Positions 10,314-19,442 of a stretch of DNA of 64,000 bases are shown one piece after another. A program made the translations under genes and the position numbers. The DNA is from Nitrospirota bacterium (GTDB lineage: Bacteria; Nitrospirota; UBA9217): NCBI GenBank assembly GCA_963737155.1, contig CAVTRN010000002.1:2560001-2624000 (forward strand), read 5' to 3'. The notes beneath the pieces are model-generated. The model was not told the origin of the DNA, did no database searches, and was given only the letters and a program-made list of their open reading frames with translations. Positions within the stretch are counted from its first letter, which is position 1. The number at the start of each line of letters is the position of its first letter.

Positions 10314-10667
10314 TCACTTTTTATCTTCCTTGTCTTTGGCTTTTTCCTTCTTCTTTCCCGACAGGTACGCGCTCCGCGGCCTCCAGCCGACGGAAATGCT
10401 CTTACCGAACAGACTGACCGCCCCTCTCAGGACTTCACGGCCCGCCTCGACCGCTATCATGGCTATGCCAATGAAGGGCAGAAATACGACATACAACAAC
10501 CCAATAAACGGTCCCGACAGAAGCATTATGCCGACGGGCAGCCTGAGATATTTTGACGCCTCTCCCCCGGGCAGAACGGATTCCTGTGTCACGTCCACCC
10601 GATGTCCGCTCCGTACCTCCCAGTAAGTTCCCTTGCCAACCTTATGTCCTCCCTTGTAAGTAAGCAT
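10314..10667 (-). CDS. Small membrane protein of unknown function (paralog 2)
   Basis: Y.GG..V..G.YW N-terminal motif, PFIGLLYVVFLPF TM segment, GWRPRSAYLSG tail; GGGGTG RBS. Confidence 0.8.
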   Translation of the reverse strand: MLTYKGGHKVGKGTYWEVRSGHRVDVTQESVLPGGEASKYLRLPVGIMLLSGPFIGLLYVVFLPFIGIAMIAVEAGREVLRGAVSLFGKSISVGWRPRSAYLSGKKKEKAKDKEDKK

Positions 10668-10723
10668 TTTCTTTCACCCCCTTTTCGGCTTTGTTACTTG
10701 CTCTAGTCTAGCAGTATGCGTAT

Positions 10724-11053
10724 TCACAAAAATCTCTCTTCTCCGGAAAAATACACATTCTTGTGTCTCCATCCAAAGGAGATGTTCTTCCCCGCAATTC
10801 CTGAAAGGCCGTTTAGCATCTTGACACCTACGACCAATGCAATTGTTGTCATCCCGAGGAATGGCATCAGGACTGTGTAGATCAACGCCACAATTGGTAT
10901 AGCCGCTAGCATGAAGCCTACAGGCATTTTTAGATACGTCGACGGGTTTTTCCCCATTAAGATGGCTTCACCACAAACATCTACTCTTCGCCCATCAACT
11001 ACATTCCAATATGAGCCTGCTGTTACTCTGAATCCGTTTCTATATGTGAACAT
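10724..11053 (-). CDS. Small membrane protein of unknown function (paralog 1)
   Basis: From MFTYRNG (ATG 11053, GGAGGAGG RBS) it aligns end to end with 10314-10667. Confidence 0.75.
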   Translation of the reverse strand: MFTYRNGFRVTAGSYWNVVDGRRVDVCGEAILMGKNPSTYLKMPVGFMLAAIPIVALIYTVLMPFLGMTTIALVVGVKMLNGLSGIAGKNISFGWRHKNVYFSGEERFL

Positions 11054-11110
11054 CGTACCCACCTCCTCCCTTGTTGCTTTATATATATCAGTAATCTCTA
11101 TGCATGAAAA

Positions 11111-11148
11111 TCGGGACATAGTCCTATTCTCGTGGGAAAATAGTCCTA
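11111..11148. promoter_or_regulatory. Candidate transcription-factor sites GGAC-N3-GTCC; ATAGTCCTA repeated at a 22-bp period
   Basis: TCGGGACATAGTCC at 11111-11124; ATAGTCCTA at 11118 and 11140; near-identical site at 13242. Confidence 0.5.
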
Positions 11149-11160
11149 GAATTGTTTTTT

Positions 11161-11428
11161 GGCTCCTCAGCAGAATCTGTGGATAAAAAATCAGCATTTA
11201 AGGAAAAGTCTCGCATTCCGGCATAACCATTATGCTAATTTATAGTTGCATTGACGTGACATTTGCCATTGCTGTCTTTATTCATCGTTGCTTACAACGC
11301 AGGTGATAAATCTCACTGTGACATTTATTAGCCTATTCGCTAGTGATGAGATCTTGCAATCACGCGTAATTACAGAACAAATACGGAATCGTAATCTAAA
11401 AAATATCCACAGATTCAGCGGAGGAGGC
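11161..11428. mobile_element. 268-bp MITE
   Basis: 25-bp terminal inverted repeats with 22/25 match (GGCTCCTCAGCAGAATCTGTGGATA vs GCCTCCTCCGCTGAATCTGTGGATA), flanked by the 8-bp direct repeat TGTTTTTT (11153-11160, 11429-11436); no ORF. Confidence 0.75.
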
Positions 11429-11687
11429 TGTTTTTTAAGTGGATAAGCAAGTGAGGATAAACATCATGCTCCCGTTGGATAGAGACGAAAAGTACTGTAA
11501 TTTTAAATGATTAGGCCGTTCATACGGACAAGGTGGAAGGGCGTGTCGGTTTGTTCCGGAAGATCATAGAATCGAGGTCACACCGTCACAGACGCAGGGG
11601 GCATGTCCGCCGAAGTCCTGCTTTCGAAAAACGTGACAACGCAGACATAGCAGTGATAGACTGTCTCATCGTGAAAATGATGCGCTG

Positions 11688-12242
11688 TCACGGTACCAGG
11701 CTCTGGGCGATTTTTATAAGCTCGAAGGGCGAGGATTTCATCGTAACCGTCATCATACAGTTTCCCTCGTTCCACGAAATCCTGCTGCAGACGTCATTTT
11801 GCTCGCAAGTACCGACCTTGAGGAGCGCGTTTCTCCCTTTCAAGTCGTAAGAAACCGATTCCTTAACCTGCAGAATCCTGATCCGGTCGTCGAGGGCGGG
11901 TCGGTCTGAAGCTGTCTGCGATATGACAAGAGCGGGTTCAATCGTGCCCGCGCGGCGGAATACCATGAGCGTCGCGACATACGGTTTTGTCTGCGCCCAT
12001 ATCTCCGAAGGTGGCCACGTGACGCTCTGGGGAAAGTAGGTGGGAACCCTGATATCTCGGATGTTCAGTTTTGCTCGTACCGCCTCAACACTATCGTAGG
12101 TCCTTAGGGTACCTTGCTGCAGTACCAGAGGGAGCCAGTTGAGCGTTTTTAAAACAGTAAGAACCGCTATGATGGTCAGTGTAAAGTACACATACCTGCG
12201 GATTCTGTCGCGCATAACTTTCACCTCACGATCATACGACAA
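11688..12242 (-). CDS. Membrane-anchored hypothetical protein
   Basis: N-terminal TM helix, VPTYFP motif; overlaps the end of the M56 gene. True start may be MRDRIRR. Confidence 0.75.
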   Translation of the reverse strand: MSYDREVKVMRDRIRRYVYFTLTIIAVLTVLKTLNWLPLVLQQGTLRTYDSVEAVRAKLNIRDIRVPTYFPQSVTWPPSEIWAQTKPYVATLMVFRRAGTIEPALVISQTASDRPALDDRIRILQVKESVSYDLKGRNALLKVGTCEQNDVCSRISWNEGNCMMTVTMKSSPFELIKIAQSLVP

Positions 12243-13221
12243 AGTAGCAGACGCCTAACATTAGGAGCAGGACAATCGTAAAGGGAAACCACCCCCCACC
12301 TCTACTCTGCAGCCGCGCCTTCTCAAGTCTCGTGATCCTACTCTCGAGCTGCAGATCATGACTGTACTCCTCAAGAGGGACGTCCTTCGCGAGAAGTTCT
12401 TTCGCAGTATTAGGAGACCGTCCATGACTTGAATAAAATTTTTTCAAAGTCTCCGCGAGAGCATCCGGTCTTCCTGTGACAGAGACGGCAATGTCGTCGC
12501 AGATTTTCTCCTCGTTCCTGACAGCCCTTCTGAATTCCACGAGCACCATAGGATTGAAGAACATGATCATCCTGAGCAAAAATGTGGCAAGGAGAACCGG
12601 CCGTCTGCTCCGTGTAATATGGGCGATCTCGTGCGCCAGGGCAGCCCGAATCTGATCTCTGCTTAGCGCCTTGAGGAGGCCGCTCGATACGAAGACTGCC
12701 GCCTCTCTCCCTGTCGATGAAAAGAGAAAAATATCGTCGTCGTCGATAATGACGGTTCTGGGCTTGTCCATGGGGAGAGACATCAATGCCTCGTCCACTA
12801 GCTCTTTTCCAACTGGGTCGCATGCTTCGACAACGTCAGTGTCAGATTCACGCATATGTCTGACTACCGGCACCAGTTCCTGAAATAAAAATACGAGGGC
12901 CGTGCCCACAAGCAGAAATATGAAAAAAAAGTGGAGCGGTACTATTCCAAACAATTCCATACCCATCCATCTTCCGCTATCGAAGAGGGCCGTTGCCCGG
13001 AAGAGAAGGGAACCACGGTCGGGATTTATCAACTGATAGAAGGGAAAAGAAAAAACGGGAAACAGCACGGTGAGAATGCGAAACCTCTGTTTCACCGCTG
13101 GATCTTCGATCTTCCATGCACGCAGAGCGCCGTCTGCTATGACCACGGCGATGAACGCATGAAGGAAAGATTGCGTCACATACCTGCCTGCAAGGGATTG
13201 TAAGATATCCGGAATATTCAT
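12232..13221 (-). CDS. M56/M48-family membrane zinc metallopeptidase (BlaR1 protease-domain-like)
   Basis: Several TM helices, LAHEIAH zinc motif, FFNP and EEKICDD motifs. Confidence 0.88.
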   Translation of the reverse strand: MNIPDILQSLAGRYVTQSFLHAFIAVVIADGALRAWKIEDPAVKQRFRILTVLFPVFSFPFYQLINPDRGSLLFRATALFDSGRWMGMELFGIVPLHFFFIFLLVGTALVFLFQELVPVVRHMRESDTDVVEACDPVGKELVDEALMSLPMDKPRTVIIDDDDIFLFSSTGREAAVFVSSGLLKALSRDQIRAALAHEIAHITRSRRPVLLATFLLRMIMFFNPMVLVEFRRAVRNEEKICDDIAVSVTGRPDALAETLKKFYSSHGRSPNTAKELLAKDVPLEEYSHDLQLESRITRLEKARLQSRGGGWFPFTIVLLLMLGVCYFVV

Positions 13222-13241
13222 ACATTTCGAATCGTCGAAAG

Positions 13242-13255
13242 TCGGGACTTAGTCC
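13242..13255. promoter_or_regulatory. Second copy of candidate operator TCGGGACTTAGTCC
   Basis: 13/14 identical to 11111-11124; 21 bp upstream of the M56 start codon. Confidence 0.45.
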
Positions 13256-13581
13256 ACAATACAGAGAGGGAACGTGCCAGACCAGTTCCAGAAACAGAAA
13301 AACCATCGTGCGAGCCTTGATTAAGATTATCCGACAGAATGGCAAGGATTTCAAGTAGTAAAAACAGATGCCTAACCATCACCGAGCGTCATATGCCCAC
13401 ATATGCACCTTTTTGCGGTCAGTTGCAGAGGAACTCTCTCGTCAGGCCTTTTCAAGCCAGTCAAAGGTGATCTTCAGACGGTCCCGGATGTCAGGACGTC
13501 CGTGCGTCGAGAGTTAACTGGTGGTCACCCATTTGAAGGAACCCTTCAAGTTAAAAAAACCCATCACGGTTACATCAATTT

Positions 13582-13957
13582 GTTGCCAGCCATGACGCCA
13601 AGACATTAATCGGGAAATGCGAGGTGTGGATTTATGGAATGCCAATGAACAGATGGCTTTGTTTCGTGATTTTAGCGATTCCTGAGGTCATTTTTGACCG
13701 CATCTGTTTTGTAAAGAATCAAGAACGACGTTCGTTGGCTGCGTGCTAAGAAGCGACTCAGATACCGATGAGTCCGAGAGTCAGGTGCAGTTTGGCCGCG
13801 TAGAGTAAATCGTTGAGCTATGTTGCTCGGCATCTGAAAGCGTAGAATAGCCATGGCGAGATCACGGAGAGACGCCCTGACCCAGGGCTGAACTTCGTTT
13901 GGATACGGCAGCGATCTTCTTCAAAAGTGACATTAGCCGCAATGCACTTTATTTTCA
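13582..13957 (-). mobile_element. ISAs1-family transposase C-terminal relic plus right-end DNA (copy 2)
   Basis: NVTFEEDRCRIQTK and MAILRFQMPSNIAQ fragments; colinear DNA similarity with 1048-1400 in the same orientation. Confidence 0.75.
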
Positions 13958-14417
13958 GGCTCAAGTCCGAAGTGAGTGGGAACTTTAAGCCTTTTTTGAT
14001 CATATGCCAGAAGCATTCAAGAGAGTACGACTACGCGAGCATGAAAATCGCCAAAGATGGCATGAATCGCTCTCTTTATCTTGCAACAGATACAAATCGG
14101 AGGGAGGTCGTATATTCGAATGTCCTCCCACATACTACTCTCCTCTTTAAGCACTTTTGCATTAGAGAATGGGGCGGACAGAAGCGGGGCACAAGGCCCG
14201 AATGAACAATTGTCTTGGATTGGCCATGCAGGTACAATATCAACCGGCTATTCAGAACCATGACAGTACTCTGATTAATTTCAATTATTGTTCTTTCGTT
14301 TTTAGCCAATCGGGCCTTAAGAACATTCCTGCCGCCGTCCCAGATGAATAATTATTTCTGAAATAACCCAGCAACTGGTGTAAAATAAAGTCATCTTGTC
14401 GAAAAGGCAGCGCAGGC

Positions 14418-15005
14418 ATGATAAAGTTCAACGGAATAAATCATTTAGCTCTAGTCACCGGCAATATCGATGAAACCATTAGATTCTGGAGGGACCTACT
14501 CGGGCTGCGGCTAATAGCAGGCTTGGGCAGGCCTGGCTACCGGCAGTATTTTTTTGCCCTTTCCGAACATGACATGGTTGTCTTCTTCGAATGGTCCAGT
14601 GTTGCGCCAATCGAGGAAAAGGAGCACGGTCGTCCTGTGTCGGGACCTTTTATTTTTGATCATGTATCTTTCGGAGTCGATACCGAGAATGACCTCTGGG
14701 AACTCAAGGACAGGCTGACTGCGGCAGGCATCTGGGTATCGGAGGTGATCGACCACGGGTTCATCCATTCCATTTATTCCTTCGATCCGAACGGAATTCC
14801 CATTGAATTCAGCCGCCGTGTCGATGGTACCGATGTCCGCGGAAACCCTCTCATGGCGGATCGGGTACCTACCATTGTCGCTCTTGAAGGGCCGGAACCC
14901 CTGTTCGAGAAATGGCCGCCCGTCGTACAACCTACACCGGAAGAGCAGAGAACTGTTTATCCCGGAGCGGGGAGCGAACTGTTTCATGGGAAAAAGAAGG
15001 CATAG
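14418..15005 (+). CDS. VOC/glyoxalase-family protein
   Basis: GINHLAL, RFWRDLLG, FDHVSFGV and SIYSFDPNGIPIEF motifs. Confidence 0.9.
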   Translation: MIKFNGINHLALVTGNIDETIRFWRDLLGLRLIAGLGRPGYRQYFFALSEHDMVVFFEWSSVAPIEEKEHGRPVSGPFIFDHVSFGVDTENDLWELKDRLTAAGIWVSEVIDHGFIHSIYSFDPNGIPIEFSRRVDGTDVRGNPLMADRVPTIVALEGPEPLFEKWPPVVQPTPEEQRTVYPGAGSELFHGKKKA

Positions 15006-15207
15006 CGGAGACTTGGTTCTGTTCCGGAAAAAACCATTGACGCCGGTTGGCCAGAATATATAATAAGGAAGAAGAATCACCCGTCTCATCAACCCTGTTC
15101 TAGCAGGGAAATCCTATGTATTCGGGAAGTGTCTGACCGCCGTCGGTTTCTTATTCAGCGGCACAGGTTATCGCCACCGACAGCAGAGCTAAATTCCAGG
15201 GAGTTAC

Positions 15208-16383
15208 ATGGAATATGATGTCATCATAGCCGGGGCCGGACCTGCGGGTTCAACCTGCGCGCGAGTATGTGCCCAGTCGGGGTTGAAAACCCTGCTGCTG
15301 GATCGGGACTGCTTTCCGCGATCCAAGCCCTGCGCCGGTGCAGTATCCGAGCAAGCGCTCAAAAACCTCGATTTCGAGCTACCAAAGCATCTCATAGAAG
15401 ATGAATGCTTCAGCGTTCGTGTTCATTATCAGAGCCGTTCCGTGGAAATTAAGAAGGATCAAAGGTTCGCAGTTCTGGTCACCAGAAAGGATTTCGACTC
15501 GATCCTGGTCAACAAATCAGTTGAAGCGGGCGCGCGTTTTTTCACAGGTGAAGAGGTCGTTGAGGTTCAGGACGGGCGGGACGCCGTCGAAATCTCCACC
15601 GGAACACAATCGTACCGGGGAAAGTTTCTCATAGGCGCTGACGGCATTCACAGCCGCGTCGCGCAAGCCTTGCGGCCATCCCTGCGCAAGGATGAGATTG
15701 CCATTGCATTGGTGTGCCAAGTCCCTGCCGATAGCCGGGAGATCAGCAAGAGATTGGACAAAACTCTGAATTTTTATTTTGGCGAAGCGCCCTTGGGTTA
15801 TGGATGGCTATTCCCCCACAGAGGATACTATTCCACTGGTATTGCCGGGCTCGCCTCACGTTTTTCAAAACCCCATGAATCGTTGACGGATTTCTCGCAT
15901 TCCCTTCAGCTTAAGCTTCCCTACATACAGGGTCATTTCATTCCTTTCGGGGGTATCCGTAGATCCATTGCGCGGGGAAGAATGCTGCTTGCAGGAGACG
16001 CAGCGGGATTTGCCGACCCCCTCCATGGTGAAGGGATATCCCATGCCATTCTCTCCGGTAAACTTGCGGCGCATGCAATCAGCGAAACGATTAGAAGAGG
16101 GAAGTCTCCGTCCTTCGCAGTCTCGCGCTATCGCAGCGAAACCAGCCGGCTTATTACCGGGCAGCTGCGCGTTGCGCTTCGTATGGCATGCCAGTTCGAA
16201 AGGCATCCCAACCTTTTCGTTCGCATATTCCTGGACCACCCTGAGTCCCTGAGGCGATACCTGGATATCCCCGCGGGCAGAAGCGATTACCGGAGCTTTC
16301 AGAGATGGATTCTTATTCACCTCCCTCTGCTGCTTCTTCCAAGCGGGTGCAAAGGGAAAACGGCAGTAAACAATCAATACTGA
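15208..16383 (+). CDS. Geranylgeranyl-reductase-family FAD oxidoreductase
   Basis: IAGAGPAG, FPRSKPCAG, IGADG, GYGWLFP and AGDAAGFADPLHGEGI motifs. Confidence 0.92.
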   Translation: MEYDVIIAGAGPAGSTCARVCAQSGLKTLLLDRDCFPRSKPCAGAVSEQALKNLDFELPKHLIEDECFSVRVHYQSRSVEIKKDQRFAVLVTRKDFDSILVNKSVEAGARFFTGEEVVEVQDGRDAVEISTGTQSYRGKFLIGADGIHSRVAQALRPSLRKDEIAIALVCQVPADSREISKRLDKTLNFYFGEAPLGYGWLFPHRGYYSTGIAGLASRFSKPHESLTDFSHSLQLKLPYIQGHFIPFGGIRRSIARGRMLLAGDAAGFADPLHGEGISHAILSGKLAAHAISETIRRGKSPSFAVSRYRSETSRLITGQLRVALRMACQFERHPNLFVRIFLDHPESLRRYLDIPAGRSDYRSFQRWILIHLPLLLLPSGCKGKTAVNNQY

Positions 16384-16721
16384 GGATCCGCCCCTTTGAC
16401 CGCAAAGAGCGGTTCTTTTATCGATTCCCCCCTACAAACCGGGCATCTCCCCGGCTTTTTCATGCGAGCACGTTTCGAGAATGAAAATCCGCATTTTTTG
16501 CACTCCGCGGGTCTTATGAGTAAACGCCGATCCAACGACGCAAGCGTTTTTTGGATGTGTTCGAGATGGCCATAAACTTCGCGTTCCGGAATCTTCACGG
16601 CAGCGGAAAGGTCTTTTGCGGAGCAGAATTTCTTCTCAAGCTCCTGTATGATCCCCTGTCTGACGGTGTCGTGGGATGACGGCGGCACAACGGGTTCTTT
16701 CGATTTTATTTTCACGGGCAT
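16374..16721 (-). CDS. HTH plus zinc-ribbon putative transcriptional regulator
   Basis: SAKDLS...EREVYGHLEHI, then PAECKKCGF...PGRCPVC. Start chosen at MPVKIK. Confidence 0.8.
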   Translation of the reverse strand: MPVKIKSKEPVVPPSSHDTVRQGIIQELEKKFCSAKDLSAAVKIPEREVYGHLEHIQKTLASLDRRLLIRPAECKKCGFSFSKRARMKKPGRCPVCRGESIKEPLFAVKGADPQY

Positions 16722-16915
16722 TTTTTCCCAGAGGGAGATAACGCGAATTACTGAAGGATTCTTTGTCTCAACACAAGTCCCCATCCTTTAACATCATTCC
16801 CACTTATCGGATAATGGTAGTTGATTACTTTTACACGGTAGAGAAAGTTCTGGATGAGTTGGAATGACGGCATAAACAGATCATTGCCTCGTTAGCATGA
16901 AGCGATCCGTTTTAT

Positions 16916-18475
16916 TCATGAAAGCAGCAGTTGGTTCTCTTTTGACCTGCTCTCGCCAACGCTCGAAACGTAAATCGCCGGTCTGCCGAGCACAGGACAT
17001 TTGGATTCGCAAATGCCGCAGCCGATACAAAGTTCAAGGTCCACATGGGGCTGTTGGACAACAGTGATCCTACCATTGCGGGCCCGCACCTGAGCTTTTT
17101 CAAACCATACTGCCTTCTTCGGCGTGGGGCAGACTTCCTCGCACATAATGCACGGTCTTGCTTGCGCCCAGGGAAGACACCTGCCCTTGTCAATCATTGC
17201 GAGGCCGATCTTGACCTTTGCTTTCTCTTCCACTGTCAGCCGCTTGATCGCACCGGTGGGACAAACTTGGCCGCAGAGTGTACATCGTGCTTCGCAATAA
17301 CCTATCCGCGGCACCAGCATTGGCGACCATATGCCCTCGACGCCTGCTTCAAAAAGTGTCGGCTGAAGGCCATTGGTAGTGCAGACTTTCATACACTCGC
17401 CGCACTTCACGCACCGTTTCAGGAATTCCTTTTCCTCCAGCGCTCCCGGAGGGCGTAATAGCACGGGGTTGCCGGAGTTAGTCCGCGAAAGAGGCGTGAT
17501 ACGCAGAAGCGGAATACTCACGATACCTGCGAGAGCGGAGGTGATAATTCGCCGCCTGCTCAGATCCATGGCAACTGTCGCCTTTTTTCCGATGAACCCG
17601 AAGCTCACGGCATTCTGGGGACAGATGTCGTCGCAGTTCCTGCAAGCAAGGCATTCCGCATTGCGCCAATGCTCCCTGGCATCAGGCTGGGCGTTCCCCT
17701 GGCACACGGTGGCACAGGCGCCGCAGGAGGTGCAGCCCTCACTCACAGACCGCCTCAGGAGGGAAGACCGGGACAGAATCCCGAGGAACGCACCGAGGGG
17801 GCAGAGATATTTGCACCAGAACCGTTTCTCGATGAAATTAAAACCGAGAACCAGAAAGAAGAGAACGCCAATAAGCACACCCTGATTATAGAATGATTGC
17901 TCAAAACTGAGGACCATCTTTTTCATTACCGAGTACACCGGTTCCGAAAGACCGGCAATGCCGAAAGGATTCGCGCCGTAAAGAGTGTCGAAGACCGATC
18001 GTACACCGTAATTAAAGACCGGGAATATGCTGATTGAAAACGAGCGGATGAGGAAGGATAGCGGGTCCATAATGCCGACAGGCTGAAGCGTGAACAGGGC
18101 TGATGCCAGAATGGCAATAAGGATATAGTATTTTACACGGTACCAATTCTCATACATGCCCACAGGCTGTCTCTTCTGTATCGATCCTACGAGGTTGTTC
18201 AGTGTTCCGAGCGGGCAAACCCAGCCGCAGAATACTCTGCCGAAAAAGATGGTAGCGACGATCGTAATAAGGGATAGGACGAAGGCCTTGGCCGCCGCGT
18301 GGGCCGACAGAAGTGTTGTAACGAGGATGAGCGGATCGAAATCGAGAAAGAGACGGACCGGGTAGCCGAGATCATCATTTCCCTTGGACTCGGTCTGTAT
18401 AAATAGAAAAAGGAAGAGGAGCAGGAAGAGGCCTTGCGTTATCCTGCGCATATTTTGCACTGACGGCTTAAACAT
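16916..18475 (-). CDS. Membrane polyferredoxin, NapH/MauN-NapG/MauM-like fusion
   Basis: GRVFCGWVCPLG, RFWCKYLCPLG, LRPPGALEEKEFLKRCVKCGEC and several CxxCxxCxxxCP motifs. Confidence 0.9.
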   Translation of the reverse strand: MFKPSVQNMRRITQGLFLLLFLFLFIQTESKGNDDLGYPVRLFLDFDPLILVTTLLSAHAAAKAFVLSLITIVATIFFGRVFCGWVCPLGTLNNLVGSIQKRQPVGMYENWYRVKYYILIAILASALFTLQPVGIMDPLSFLIRSFSISIFPVFNYGVRSVFDTLYGANPFGIAGLSEPVYSVMKKMVLSFEQSFYNQGVLIGVLFFLVLGFNFIEKRFWCKYLCPLGAFLGILSRSSLLRRSVSEGCTSCGACATVCQGNAQPDAREHWRNAECLACRNCDDICPQNAVSFGFIGKKATVAMDLSRRRIITSALAGIVSIPLLRITPLSRTNSGNPVLLRPPGALEEKEFLKRCVKCGECMKVCTTNGLQPTLFEAGVEGIWSPMLVPRIGYCEARCTLCGQVCPTGAIKRLTVEEKAKVKIGLAMIDKGRCLPWAQARPCIMCEEVCPTPKKAVWFEKAQVRARNGRITVVQQPHVDLELCIGCGICESKCPVLGRPAIYVSSVGESRSKENQLLLS

Positions 18476-19160
18476 AAGTCCCCGATTGTCTCCACATGTA
18501 GCGCATATATTAACACATTTGGGATATCGCGGCTAGAGGGATTTTCCGGAAGAAGGGAGGTTTGAACGACTCTGAATCGAACTTTTTGGGGTTTGCATCA
18601 GCATGTCAGTAATCACGCGGGCTCTTAACTTCTTTCTCCATTTTAGCACGGACGCGATGGGTGTAGGTCTGTAGGTTGGTCTGAGCGTTCTTCGTCAAGC
18701 TCAACGTTTTAACATGAATCCTTCGTTCCTCTGATACGTAGAGAAGCAGAGATACCATGTGTCGCCGAAATTGGCTCATCCACTAAAAAGGGATTTCCAT
18801 CCTCTCTTTTCAATTCAACGATGCTCGCATGAGAGAAGAATCGTTGACTGACGGATGTCTCCCTTGAGCACAAGCTTAAAGGACAATACTCCAAAAGAAA
18901 TTTTTGAGATTTACAGGCATCCGCTCTTTTTAGAAAAACGACATCCGCAATTGAAACCTACCAGGAAATTGCATCCGCATTCTCCTTGAGCGCCATTTAA
19001 GACCTGCAGTGAAACATAATGCTTTGTCGTTTCCCGCCTTACGCCTTACCCGGAAGGAAACCTTGCTAATATCCCATGGCTATTGATATTGTTAGGCTGT
19101 TTAAGAGTATTGAGAGATAAGAAGTTATGCGAGGTGAAAATGTGCATTTATTTCGAGCTG

Positions 19161-19296
19161 GAATGAACCTCCCCACAGCAAGCTGCGGGGTATCTATAAA
19201 AAGGAAGACGATTATCTTTTGAGAAACCTGCGGTTTCTCAAACTCTTCCCTCTATGCGGTGACCCTGTAGCAAGCTACAGGCAATTGCAAGTTAAA
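19161..19296. mobile_element. Non-autonomous IS200/IS605-type miniature element (two GCAAGC-loop hairpins)
   Basis: CCCCACAGCAAGCTGCGGGG (19171-19190) and CCTGTAGCAAGCTACAGG (19264-19281), the same hairpin type as the ends of the IS200 at 29806 and 30310. Outer boundaries are approximate. Confidence 0.65.
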
Positions 19297-19442
19297 CAGC
19301 AGGCAAAATAAATAAAAGTGCATAAGCTGGGGGCAACGTATCTGTAAAAGATGCGTCAAATTCGGGAGGGGAATAATTCAGAAACTACGATCACAACCAG
19401 CGGAAGGAAGGATGAATCTGTAATCGTCGCGGAAATCCTCGT

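Noticed and set aside
11161-11428. Invertible phase-variation promoter
   Set aside because: The inverted repeats are imperfect, they are flanked by an 8-bp direct repeat, and no invertase is adjacent, so a MITE fits better. Read-orientation data could reopen this.
11178-11446. Cluster of DnaA-box-like motifs (TGTGGATAA and variants) suggesting oriC
   Set aside because: Two of the three lie in the MITE terminal repeats, and there is no dnaA/dnaN context or larger box cluster.
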